A program made the position numbers and the translations under genes. The notes under the pieces were generated by a model. It was not told the origin of the DNA and ran no database searches. It was given only the letters and a program-made list of their open reading frames with translations. A stretch of DNA of 47,982 bases from Clostridia bacterium (GTDB taxonomy: Bacteria; Bacillota; Clostridia; Oscillospirales; Acutalibacteraceae), in the NCBI GenBank assembly GCA_017414705.1, contig JAFQKX010000008.1, forward strand, positions 1 to 47,982, given 5' to 3'. Below, in pieces: positions 16,098 through 25,067 of the stretch (its first letter is position 1; each line of letters begins with the position of its first letter).

Positions 16098-17495
16098 ATG
16101 GTTTTCAGTAGTACGGAGTTTTTGTGTGCCTTCTTGCCGGCGGTGCTGTTGTTGTATTACCTCTGCCCGCGCAAGCTGCGCAACACCCTGCTGTTTGTCG
16201 CAAGTCTGCTCTTCTATGCTTACGGCGAATGGCGGTATATTTTCATCATGCTGTTTTCCACCTTTTTTGATTACGCCAACGGACTGCTCATCGAGCGGTT
16301 TCGAAAAAAGGGGAAAACGGCTCTTTGCCGTTTGGTGCTCATCCTTTCGTTGGTGATCAACCTCGGCATTCTTTGCTTTTTCAAATATACCGACTTTGTG
16401 CTGACCAACCTCAATGCAGTCGGCCTTTCGGTCTCGCTGCTCAATATCGCCCTGCCGCTCGGCATTTCCTTTTACACCTTCCAGACGCTGTCTTACACGA
16501 TTGACGTCTATCGCGGCAACGTGCCCGCGCAGCATAACGTGATTGATTTCGGGATGTACATCAGTATGTTCCCACAGCTTATCGCAGGCCCCATCGTGCG
16601 CTACAGCGATATTCAACACGAGGTTAAGGATCGCCGCGAGGCTCCCGAGCAGATCACACGCGGCATCGTCCGCTTCGTGCTCGGCTTGGGCAAAAAGGTC
16701 TTGCTGGCAAATTTTGCGGGTGCGCTCTGGGAAGAGATCGCCGCAGGTCAGCTGACCGTCACCGCAGCGTGGATCGGTGCGTTGGCGTATGCCATGCATA
16801 TCTATTTCGATTTTTCGGGATATTCCGATATGGCCATCGGTCTTGGTGGAATGCTGGGCTTCCGATTTCCGGAAAATTTCCGCTACCCGTACGTCTGCAA
16901 TTCCATTACCGATTTTTGGCGGCGGTGGCACATCACGTTGTCTACCTGGTTTCGCGAGTATCTGTATATCCCGCTTGGCGGTAACCGAAAAGGTCTGCCG
17001 CGACAGATCCTCAATCTGCTCATCATTTGGTTTTTGACCGGACTGTGGCACGGAGCAGGCTGGAATTTTATCGCCTGGGGCTTGTATTATTTCGTCTTCC
17101 TCGCCCTCGAAAAACTGTTTTTGTTGCGGTTGATGCAAAAATTGCCGCGTTTCGTGCAGCATATCTACGCACTTGCCGTAGTATTGGTGGGGTGGATGCT
17201 GTTTGCAGCACCCTCTCTGTCGCAGGCAGGCACTTATATCGCCGCTATGTTCGGTGCCGCACCCCTGACCTCGCAGCTGTCAGCGTATTATCTGTATACC
17301 AATTCGCTGATGCTGGTTACCATGCTGATCGGCTGCACGCCGCTGCCCAAACAGATTGCCCAAAGACTGCTCGCGCGCTGCAAAGAAAGCATCGCGTTTT
17401 GGATCTGTGCCGCCGTCACGGCGTTACTGCTGACGGTCTGCGTCATTTTCGTCGTCAGCTCGGGCTATAATCCGTTTTTGTATTTTCGCTTTTAG
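16098..17495 (+). CDS. MBOAT-family membrane O-acyltransferase (AlgI/DltB/PatA-like)
   Basis: It is polytopic, with the conserved FWRRWHITLSTWFREYLYIPLGGNR block containing the catalytic His, and an N-terminus MVFSSTEFL.. typical of AlgI-like proteins. Confidence 0.9.
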   Translation: MVFSSTEFLCAFLPAVLLLYYLCPRKLRNTLLFVASLLFYAYGEWRYIFIMLFSTFFDYANGLLIERFRKKGKTALCRLVLILSLVINLGILCFFKYTDFVLTNLNAVGLSVSLLNIALPLGISFYTFQTLSYTIDVYRGNVPAQHNVIDFGMYISMFPQLIAGPIVRYSDIQHEVKDRREAPEQITRGIVRFVLGLGKKVLLANFAGALWEEIAAGQLTVTAAWIGALAYAMHIYFDFSGYSDMAIGLGGMLGFRFPENFRYPYVCNSITDFWRRWHITLSTWFREYLYIPLGGNRKGLPRQILNLLIIWFLTGLWHGAGWNFIAWGLYYFVFLALEKLFLLRLMQKLPRFVQHIYALAVVLVGWMLFAAPSLSQAGTYIAAMFGAAPLTSQLSAYYLYTNSLMLVTMLIGCTPLPKQIAQRLLARCKESIAFWICAAVTALLLTVCVIFVVSSGYNPFLYFRF

Positions 17496-17507
17496 GAGGA
17501 GTAAGGG

Positions 17508-18608
17508 ATGAAACAGCTTCGCATTGCCGCAATCGCCCTGTTCCTCTGCATCTTGCTGACGCTGGGCGTGCTGACCGCCGCATTGCCGCAAGAAACCTAC
17601 AGTCCGCAGGAAAATCGCTACCTCACGACCTTTCCTGCCTTTTCCTGGGCAGGGCTCAACGACGGTACCTATCAAAACGATATCACCGATGCCATGAACG
17701 ATCAGTTCCCCCTGCGCAGTCAGTCGGTTGCTGCCGCCACCGCTATCCGAAAAGCACTCGGCGCACGGGACATCGGCGGCGTCTATTTGGGAAAAGACGG
17801 CTATTATTTTGAAAAAAAGCAGAACAAGGACATTTCTCAACAGCAGTTTCAAACCAACCTGCGCCTGATCGAGCGCTATGCCGCACAAGGCAGACAAACC
17901 TCGGTCATGCTGGTGCCGGATGCCGGCATCGTGCTGCAGGAATACCTTCCCGCCTGCGCGCAAATGTATGACGCCGATGCCCTGTATCAGACGGCACAGG
18001 AAAAATTGACGGTCGATCGGGTGGACGTCCTGCCTGCCTTGCAAAAGGTCGGCGCGTCAGCATATTACAAGACCGACCACCATTGGACCTCGCGCGGTGC
18101 CTACGCTGCCCTGCAGGTGTTTCTCAATCAGAAAAATATTACATCGCCCGATTACGAGCAGGCAGGCTTCCAAACGGCGAGCAGCGATTTTTACGGTACG
18201 CTGTATTCCAAGGTTCTGGATGCCTCGGCCAAGCCCGATACCGTTGACTATCTGCCCACTATGCAAGCTACGGTGACGTTGGACGGCAAGGCAGGGGAGC
18301 TGTATAAGCAAGCAGCGCTGCAACAAAAGGATCAATATCAGTTCTTCTTGGGCGGCAACTGCGGCTTGACGGAGCTGAACGGGGGATGTAAAAACGGCAA
18401 AACGATCCTGCTGATCAAGGATTCCTTTGCCAACTGCTTTGCTCCGCTGCTGACGCCGTATTATGAAACGGTGCTGATGGTCGACCTGCGCTACTACGGC
18501 GGATCGGTCAAGACCTTGGTGGCAGAGCGGCAGGTGGACGAGACGCTGTTTTTGTTCTCCTTGAGCTCCTTCGCCGCCGAGCCCACGCTGAGCAAGATCT
18601 TACTGTAA
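17508..18608 (+). CDS. DHHW-family protein (AlgJ/AlgX/PatB-like SGNH partner of MBOAT)
   Basis: It has an N-terminal signal anchor and the literal DHHW motif (YYKTDHHWTSRGAY), starts 12 nt after the MBOAT stop, and has RBS AGGAGGAG. Confidence 0.85.
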   Translation: MKQLRIAAIALFLCILLTLGVLTAALPQETYSPQENRYLTTFPAFSWAGLNDGTYQNDITDAMNDQFPLRSQSVAAATAIRKALGARDIGGVYLGKDGYYFEKKQNKDISQQQFQTNLRLIERYAAQGRQTSVMLVPDAGIVLQEYLPACAQMYDADALYQTAQEKLTVDRVDVLPALQKVGASAYYKTDHHWTSRGAYAALQVFLNQKNITSPDYEQAGFQTASSDFYGTLYSKVLDASAKPDTVDYLPTMQATVTLDGKAGELYKQAALQQKDQYQFFLGGNCGLTELNGGCKNGKTILLIKDSFANCFAPLLTPYYETVLMVDLRYYGGSVKTLVAERQVDETLFLFSLSSFAAEPTLSKILL

Positions 18609-18614
18609 GATTCG

Positions 18615-18650
18615 AAATCCGTTCCTTTTGGAGCGGATTTTTGCTTTTTT
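18615..18650 (+). terminator. Rho-independent terminator of the MBOAT-DHHW operon
   Basis: Stem AAATCCGTTCC (18615-18625) pairs with GGAGCGGATTT (18630-18640) around loop TTTT, followed by TTTGCTTTTTT. Confidence 0.75.
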
Positions 18651-18713
18651 GAGGGTGATCGTGGAGAAAATCGGCATAAAATACCCTGAAAAACGGAAAA
18701 AAGTGGAAAAAAC

Positions 18714-18742
18714 TTGCGTTTTTGTATTTTAGTGAGTATAAT
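18714..18742 (+). promoter_or_regulatory. Putative sigma-A promoter of the YD-repeat-like gene
   Basis: TTGCGT (18714-18719), 17-nt spacer, TATAAT (18737-18742). It lies downstream of the track start at 18722, which argues for a later start codon. Confidence 0.5.
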
Positions 18743-18778
18743 GAAGAAGCATCCCTGTTTCAGAAAGGAGAATGTGCC

Positions 18779-19702
18779 GTGCGGATGTTACCCTCCGATC
18801 GTCAGGAATATCAGCGTTGTGCCGTTTGGGGCAGCGTGTTCCTGATCTCGAGCCTGCTGATCTTCGGCGGCGTTTACAGCCGATACCATTACCGTTTTGA
18901 CGCTGCACCACCCGTTTTTTCGGATTCTCCCTTCGTGCAGGATCAGGATACTGCAAACCGTTACGATGACAAGGGACGCCTGACGCGCTCCGGAATCTAC
19001 GAGCAGGATCTGAGCGGACACCAGGTGTTGCGCGGCTATTATCATTATTCCTATCGCTTGACCGCCGAGCAAAAGGAAAACGGTGTTGTGCGTACCGCCG
19101 TGTTGAAGGACCTCAACGGCCTGCAATATGCGGTTGCCGATTATTATTCCGATGCCGTTTTGTTGGAATACCACGACGAGCAGGGCGTGCCGACCCGCTT
19201 GATGACCTACGATGCCAAGCTGCAGACGCTGCAGGAACGGCAGGATTATATTTACGACAAGAACGGCGTACTCACGCAGATCGTCTACCGTAACGGTCAG
19301 CTGCAGATCAGCAGCCGCGTGTGCTATGAATACAACGCTGATATGACCTTGAGTACCTGTACCGTCTACGATGGCAGCGGCGTGGAGATTTCCTCGGAGG
19401 CCTATTTTTACAACGAAGGAAACTGCACCCTCAAGCGCACCTACGGCAGAGGGCATATGGCCATCGGCTATGTTACCTTGGCATACCGTGCTGACGGAGC
19501 CTTGCTGCAGGAGGGCCATTACCGCGCGGATTCCACACTGTTGTTCACATTGAAATATTTGTTTGACGAGAACGGAGCCCCCATCGGAGAAAGCAGAAAA
19601 TATGACGCTGCAGGGCAGCCCATGGGCTGGGTCGAGGAGCCGCAGACCGAAGCGGAATCCTCACAGCAGCAAGCCTCCTCTCAAACGCAATCGACACAGT
19701 AA
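18779..19702 (+). CDS. Membrane-anchored protein with YD/RHS-like repeats (hypothetical)
   Basis: GTG 18779 lies 8 nt after AAAGGAG; the alternative is ATG 18785. There is one N-terminal TM helix and repeated YxYDxxGxL-type units (RYDDKGRLT, YIYDKNGVLT, YLFDENGAPI, KYDAAGQPMG). Confidence 0.6.
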   Translation: MRMLPSDRQEYQRCAVWGSVFLISSLLIFGGVYSRYHYRFDAAPPVFSDSPFVQDQDTANRYDDKGRLTRSGIYEQDLSGHQVLRGYYHYSYRLTAEQKENGVVRTAVLKDLNGLQYAVADYYSDAVLLEYHDEQGVPTRLMTYDAKLQTLQERQDYIYDKNGVLTQIVYRNGQLQISSRVCYEYNADMTLSTCTVYDGSGVEISSEAYFYNEGNCTLKRTYGRGHMAIGYVTLAYRADGALLQEGHYRADSTLLFTLKYLFDENGAPIGESRKYDAAGQPMGWVEEPQTEAESSQQQASSQTQSTQ

Positions 19703-19715
19703 CCGATCGTTGCAT

Positions 19716-19752
19716 AAAGAAAAGATCCCGTATATACTACGGGATCTTTTTG
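19716..19752. terminator. Bidirectional terminator between the YD-like gene and secF
   Basis: A perfect 12-bp stem, AAAGATCCCGTA (19721-19732) with TACGGGATCTTT (19738-19749), has an A-rich left flank and a T-run on the right. Confidence 0.75.
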
Positions 19753-19762
19753 TTTATTATTA

Positions 19763-20776
19763 TTATTTACGCTTTGCTTTGGCCTTTGCTTTTTTGGCTT
19801 TGGATTTAGCAGCCTTTTTGGCAGCACGCTTTGCACGGCGTTCCTTGCGCTTGGTGTCGGGATCGCCGGTCTTTTCTCTCCACCATACCCACAGCGGAGA
19901 AGCCAGGAACACGGAGGAGAAGCAGCCTGCCACAACACCCACTGCCATAGGCAGAACGAAACTGAGGATGGAGGTCACGCCGCCCACCCAGGCAACCACG
20001 CACACCGCAACCAGCGACAGGAAGGTGCAAAGAGAGGTGTACAGGTTTCTGGTGAAGGTCTGATTGACGCTGATATTGACAACCTCGGCAATGCCCTTTT
20101 CGTCACCGTACAGACGCTCGTTTTCGCGGATACGGTCGTAGATCACGATGGTGCCGTTGAGCGAGTAACCGAACAGCGTCAACACTACGGCGATGAAGTT
20201 GTCATCCAGCGGGAAGCGGAAGAGGACGTAAACGAAGTAGGCGATGAGAATATCGTGTACCAATGCAAGCAGCGAGAAGGCAGCTGCCGAAACGCCGCCC
20301 AGATGGCGGAAGCGGAAACCAACGTAGATGGTTACGAAGATAGCCCCCAGAATGGCAGCGAACAGACACTTGATAAAGAAGCCCTTACCGACCGTGGCAT
20401 CCACGCTGTTGGAGGAGACCTTTTCGGTCTTGTTATCGGCAAACTGCTTGGACATTTCTTTGTCCAAAGCCTTCATCGTTTCGGTGCTGACGGATTTGTT
20501 ACCCGCCAAGGTGATGTTGACCAGCTTGGTCTCACCCGAGAAGTCACTGGACAGATTGACCGAAACTTTACCGTTTAAGGCTTTTTGTGCCACGTCGGCA
20601 ACCTTGTCCTGATCAATGGTTCCGCTATAGGAATAGGAGATCATGGTACCGCCCTTGAAGTTGATATCCAATTGGGTACCGAAGATCACGTTGCAAACGA
20701 TACCTGCCAGCATTACGCAACCGGCGATGATGAGTGCGATTTTGCGGAACTTGATGAAATCAAATAACTTTTTCAT
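19763..20776 (-). CDS. secF: Protein translocase subunit SecF, with a Lys/Ala-rich C-terminal tail
   Basis: It has a typical SecF N-terminus (FDFIKFRKIALIIAG..INFKGGT) and 6 TM helices. The start overlaps the secD stop (ATGA). Confidence 0.9.
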   Translation of the reverse strand: MKKLFDFIKFRKIALIIAGCVMLAGIVCNVIFGTQLDINFKGGTMISYSYSGTIDQDKVADVAQKALNGKVSVNLSSDFSGETKLVNITLAGNKSVSTETMKALDKEMSKQFADNKTEKVSSNSVDATVGKGFFIKCLFAAILGAIFVTIYVGFRFRHLGGVSAAAFSLLALVHDILIAYFVYVLFRFPLDDNFIAVVLTLFGYSLNGTIVIYDRIRENERLYGDEKGIAEVVNISVNQTFTRNLYTSLCTFLSLVAVCVVAWVGGVTSILSFVLPMAVGVVAGCFSSVFLASPLWVWWREKTGDPDTKRKERRAKRAAKKAAKSKAKKAKAKAKRK

Positions 20777-22188
20777 TTGCTCGCACCTCCGTAAAGCCAG
20801 GTTTTACGCAAGCACTTGAAGCGGGAAGCGCTGCGCGTCATGAGTTTGGAAGTCCAAACACCGCAGACGAAGTTGAACACGATACCGATCAGCAGCGTGT
20901 AGCCGAAGGAGTAGATCGAACCGGTGATGGAATTGGAAATGGCAAATCCGGGGATCAGACCGATGGAGTGGTTGTACAGCCACATGAACACCCACAGGAT
21001 CTTGGCCCAGAAGCCGTTGGAGGGCCCGAAGATACCCATCAGGATGATGGCAACGATCATGGTGGTGACGTTACCGTCCAAAATCGCGGTGAAGGACTGG
21101 CTGAAGCCTTCCTTGATAGCACCGTCGATGGTCTTGCCCTTGGCCAGCTCCTCGCGGATGCGCTCGTTGGTGATGACGTTGGCGTCCACACCCATACCGA
21201 TGGACAGGATGATACCCGTGATACCGGGGATGGTCAGCGTGAAGCTGTCAAACGGACTCAAGAAGCCGGAGGTGCAGGCGATGATACCTGCAATCTGACC
21301 CAGCAGGGAGATGCAGGCCACCAAACCGGGCAGGCGATAGCGGATGATCAGCAAAATGCAGATGACCGCAAACGCGATGATACCTGCCAGCAGCATGACC
21401 TCGAGAGATTTCTCACCCAATGTGGGGTTGATGATACGCAGCTTGGTGTCGTCAACCGAAAGCTTGAACGGCAGGGTACCGGCATTGATCTGATTGGCAA
21501 GCGTTGCAGCACTCTCAGAGGTGAAGGAGCCGGAGATGAAGGCGCGGCCGTCGGTCAAAGCTTCCTGCACCGTTGCGTTGGAGAGCATGGTCTCGTCCAT
21601 CCAGATGGAGATGTTCTGCCCGACCAGACGCGAGGTAGCATCGGCAAATTTCTTTTTACCGGCAGAGGTCAAGATCAGCGAAACGCCGTACTGCTGATCC
21701 TCCTGATTGTACTGTGCCTCGGCGGATTTAACGTCGGCAGAGCCCTGCAGGATGATCTTCTTCTCGTCGTAGCTTTCGCCTTCCACAAACTTGACGATGG
21801 CCTGTGCGCCCAATTCCTCAATGGCGGCGGCAGGGTCGTAATCTGCTTCATCCGATTGCCACGGGAAACGGACGATGATCTGATTGGCATCGTTGTCGGT
21901 GTAGACCTCGTAGTCGGTGATGTTTTGTCCGACCAAACGCAGCTTAAGCACCGATTCCGCAGCCGTCATCATATCGTCGGTGATTGCGGAGCCGTCCTTG
22001 TTCTCGGGTGCAAACACTGCTTCCACACCGCCGCGGATATCAATACCCCAGCGGATGTCGTTGGCACCTTTGAAGTAGACCGTTTCCTTATCGCCGTACC
22101 AGTTGCTCACACCGAAGAATGCCAGATAGGCAAACACAAAAATGAGCACAACGACGATCGTGAAAACGATTTTTCTTGTTTTCTTCAT
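20773..22188 (-). CDS. secD: Protein translocase subunit SecD
   Basis: It has an N-terminal TM helix, a periplasmic-type domain with GIDIRGG, and a C-terminal 5-TM bundle (..GMGVDANVITNERIREE..). Confidence 0.9.
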   Translation of the reverse strand: MKKTRKIVFTIVVVLIFVFAYLAFFGVSNWYGDKETVYFKGANDIRWGIDIRGGVEAVFAPENKDGSAITDDMMTAAESVLKLRLVGQNITDYEVYTDNDANQIIVRFPWQSDEADYDPAAAIEELGAQAIVKFVEGESYDEKKIILQGSADVKSAEAQYNQEDQQYGVSLILTSAGKKKFADATSRLVGQNISIWMDETMLSNATVQEALTDGRAFISGSFTSESAATLANQINAGTLPFKLSVDDTKLRIINPTLGEKSLEVMLLAGIIAFAVICILLIIRYRLPGLVACISLLGQIAGIIACTSGFLSPFDSFTLTIPGITGIILSIGMGVDANVITNERIREELAKGKTIDGAIKEGFSQSFTAILDGNVTTMIVAIILMGIFGPSNGFWAKILWVFMWLYNHSIGLIPGFAISNSITGSIYSFGYTLLIGIVFNFVCGVWTSKLMTRSASRFKCLRKTWLYGGASK

Positions 22189-22242
22189 CGTGAGTCCTCC
22201 AATTTGTAAAAATTAGAAAATACATTAGAATATAATGTATCA

Positions 22243-22271
22243 ATTATACTGTATCGGGGCAAAAAAGTCAA
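22243..22271 (-). promoter_or_regulatory. Putative sigma-A promoter of secDF
   Basis: On the minus strand: TTGACT (22271-22266, overlapping the aminotransferase TGA stop), 17-nt spacer, TATAAT (22248-22243). A perfect 8-bp inverted repeat ATACATTA-N5-TAATGTAT at 22220-22240 lies in the leader. Confidence 0.5.
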
Positions 22272-23545
22272 TCTTGCGCCAAACGTTTTTCCAGCGCAGC
22301 CAATCGTACCGCCACCGTAAACAACGCCATAGCCTGCTTGAGCTCCGCAATGGCGGGGAAGGTGGGGGCGAGGCGGATGTTACGATCCTCGGGATCGTTT
22401 CCGTAGGGGAAGGTAGCACCTGCACCGGTCAGCGTTACACCGGCCTGCTTGCACAGCTCTACCACGCGCTTGGCACAGCCCTCGGTCACGTCTACGCTGA
22501 TGAAGTATCCGCCCTGCGGATCGCTCCAGGTTGCCGTACCGGTATCGGCAAGGTCGTGCTGCAGCAGCTGCAATACCGCATCAAATCGCGGGCGCAGGAT
22601 CTCGGCCATCTTTTCCATATGGGCGTTGATGCCGTCCAGATCCTTAAAGTAGCGCATATGGCGCAGCTGATTGACCTTGTCGGGGCCGATGGTCTGAATC
22701 ATTACGCGTTTTTTGATCAGATCGTAGTTGTACGAGCCGACCGCCATAGCGGCAATGCCCGCGCCGGGGAAGCTGATCTTGGAGGTCGAGGTAAACTCAA
22801 ACACCAAATGCTCGTTGTCATATTGCTTGCAAAGCTCGAAAATGTTGGCAAGCCTGGCATGATCCTTTTTGAGATGATGCAGACAATAAGAATTATCCCA
22901 AAAGATGCGGAAATCCTTTGCCGCCGGCTTGAGCGCTGCAAAGCGGCGTACCGTTTCATCCGAATAGGTATAGCCCTGCGGGTTGGAATACATCGGCACG
23001 CACCAAATGCCCTTGACCAGCGGATCCTGCACCCATTTCTCCACCACTTCCATAGCGGGACCTTGTTGGGTCATGGGAACGGGGATCATGGTAATGCCGA
23101 AATATTCGCAGATGGCGAAATGGCGGTCATATCCGGGCACGGGACAGAGAAATTTGATCTCGCCCTGTTGCCCCCAGGGAGCCTGCCCGAAGCCGGACAC
23201 CATACCCTGACACACAGCGTCAAACATCAGATTCAACGAGGAATTGTTACCCAGGATCACGCGGTCGGCGTCCACGCCCATGATCTCGCCGAACAAGCGG
23301 CGCATTTCGGGCAGTCCGTCAAACAGACCGGAGTTTCGCACGTCCATTCCGTTTTCACTGCGTGCATCGTCCGCAGCACGCAGCGCGTCCAGCAGCGGAG
23401 CACTCAGCTCGATCTGCTCGGCGCCCGGCTTGCCGCGCGACATATCCAGTTTCAGCCCTTGTGCTGCAAAGGAATCGTACGCGACCTTCAGCGCATCGTA
23501 TTCCCGTTGCAGTTCTTCCCGACTGAGAGAAGAATAGTTAGCCAT
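22268..23545 (-). CDS. Class I/II PLP-dependent aminotransferase (AspC-like, DMSRGKP-type family)
   Basis: RBS AGGAGGG. The N-terminus reads ..LKLDMSRGKPGAEQIELS.. and the PLP-lysine context is TSTSKISFPGAG. The protein is 425 aa. Confidence 0.8.
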   Translation of the reverse strand: MANYSSLSREELQREYDALKVAYDSFAAQGLKLDMSRGKPGAEQIELSAPLLDALRAADDARSENGMDVRNSGLFDGLPEMRRLFGEIMGVDADRVILGNNSSLNLMFDAVCQGMVSGFGQAPWGQQGEIKFLCPVPGYDRHFAICEYFGITMIPVPMTQQGPAMEVVEKWVQDPLVKGIWCVPMYSNPQGYTYSDETVRRFAALKPAAKDFRIFWDNSYCLHHLKKDHARLANIFELCKQYDNEHLVFEFTSTSKISFPGAGIAAMAVGSYNYDLIKKRVMIQTIGPDKVNQLRHMRYFKDLDGINAHMEKMAEILRPRFDAVLQLLQHDLADTGTATWSDPQGGYFISVDVTEGCAKRVVELCKQAGVTLTGAGATFPYGNDPEDRNIRLAPTFPAIAELKQAMALFTVAVRLAALEKRLAQD

Positions 23546-23589
23546 AGAAAAGCCCTCCTGTGGGGATCAGAATTGTCGTAGCGTATCTG

Positions 23590-23627
23590 CCGTAAAAAAC
23601 GGAGGAAGCGTCCTCCGTTTTTTACGG
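23590..23627. terminator. Bidirectional terminator downstream of the PrsA/SurA-like lipoprotein gene
   Basis: A 17-bp perfect stem, CCGTAAAAAACGGAGGA with TCCTCCGTTTTTTACGG around loop AGCG, embeds the A6/T6 tracts. Confidence 0.8.
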
Positions 23628-23647
23628 CTGAATGACTGCCCTGGAAC

Positions 23648-24835
23648 TCAGGACTCTTTGATCTTTTTGGGACTGTAGTACTTGACCAAAGACTCGTCGA
23701 TGTCAGCCTTGAGCTTGGCGATCTCGGTCTCCAGCTTCTTTTCAAACGCTTCGTCCTTGAGATCGTGCAATACGGTCAAGCGATAATCGTCCTTGTAATG
23801 CTCGTAATCCTTGGCGGGATCGCGCAGCAATGCCACAATATACTGCTTGTTGGTGTCGTCCTTATACACGGCAGCCTTGTCGCGTTCCTTGACGTCCTTG
23901 AGCAATGCGTACATTCCGCTGGTATCGTCGGCGGTCACGACAACGGCGTCGGGATACACGGCGGGATTCTTTTCCTCGGAGGAGGTCACACCTGAGGAGG
24001 TAGCGGCAGAGCCGGTGGATGCGGCCGAAGAATCAGCAGCAGAAGAGCCTGCAGAGGATGCACCCGACGAAGTGCCGGAGGAGGTAGAGGACGAGGTATC
24101 GTTTTTCTTTTGCTCCTCTTCAAATTTCTCGCCGGCTTCCTTGACGGTCATTTCGCCGTCGTTGATCTTTTCTACCAAAGCATCCAGAGATTTCTTGATC
24201 TCGGTGATCTTGGCTGCAGCCAGATCCTTGCTGTCGTCATCGGTCAGCGAGGCGGTGAAGTATTCGATCAGCAGATACTTTTCGATAAAGGTGGTCTTGA
24301 TGGTATCGGCTGAGACTGCCTCGGGACCCTTTTCACCGTAGAAATACTCAAAAACGACCTGCTCCTTGAACAGCGTCTCGTAGTATTTGGTGAAGGTGCT
24401 GCGGCTGACGCCGTTTGCTTCATAATATGCGCCGTAGCCGTAAGAATCCCAATACATGGAAACGTACTGATCCACCGATGCGGCATAATCGCCCAGCTTG
24501 AGCTTGTTTTTGGCAAAGGTATTTTCTACCCAAGCATGCTCACGGCAGTTGTCCTCCGCCTTTTCGCGGATCCAGGTGATGGCGTCCTTGTCATCCAACT
24601 TGAGCTTGAGATAGCCCGCCAGATCCTCGGGAGCCTTTTCGCCCTCCTTCAGACCCTCGTCAATGCCGGATCTGAATTGATCCGTGGCATTCATCATATA
24701 CATCAGGTACAGACCGGAAGAAATCTCGACGCCGTCGATGGTCATCACGACTTCATCCTTCTGGTGACAGGCAGCCAGCGTCAGTATCATGCACGCGGCA
24801 AGCACTGCAGCAAAAATTCGTTTTGCAAAGGTCAT
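23648..24835 (-). CDS. Lipoprotein, SurA-N/PrsA-like chaperone candidate without an obvious parvulin domain
   Basis: The start is taken at ATG 24835 (MTFAKRIF..LTLAAC lipobox). The N-terminal ..MTIDGVEISSGLYLMYM.. resembles the PrsA/SurA N-domain. There is an internal Ser/Thr/Ala low-complexity stretch. The function call is weak. Confidence 0.6.
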   Translation of the reverse strand: MTFAKRIFAAVLAACMILTLAACHQKDEVVMTIDGVEISSGLYLMYMMNATDQFRSGIDEGLKEGEKAPEDLAGYLKLKLDDKDAITWIREKAEDNCREHAWVENTFAKNKLKLGDYAASVDQYVSMYWDSYGYGAYYEANGVSRSTFTKYYETLFKEQVVFEYFYGEKGPEAVSADTIKTTFIEKYLLIEYFTASLTDDDSKDLAAAKITEIKKSLDALVEKINDGEMTVKEAGEKFEEEQKKNDTSSSTSSGTSSGASSAGSSAADSSAASTGSAATSSGVTSSEEKNPAVYPDAVVVTADDTSGMYALLKDVKERDKAAVYKDDTNKQYIVALLRDPAKDYEHYKDDYRLTVLHDLKDEAFEKKLETEIAKLKADIDESLVKYYSPKKIKES

Positions 24836-25002
24836 GGTAAAAAGCATCCTTTCTTTTCCAACATTCGGAAACACAAAAGTAATTATACACGAAATTTTCA
24901 TAAAAGTCTATAGTTTTATGACAAAAAAGAAAACATTCTCCGTCAAAATTCAGGTGTGGGAGAGAAATGTCACGGGTTTGCGCCATTTTTTACGCAGAGC
25001 CC

Positions 25003-25031
25003 TTGCAAGCTGCTACAAAAAATGATAAAAT
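25003..25031 (+). promoter_or_regulatory. Putative sigma-A promoter of the Zn-ribbon/TPM/SPFH operon
   Basis: TTGCAA (25003-25008), 17-nt spacer, TGaTAAAAT extended -10 (25023-25031). Confidence 0.5.
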
Positions 25032-25067
25032 AAAACAAATCATTCGAGAAAAAAGGGGGTCGGACAG

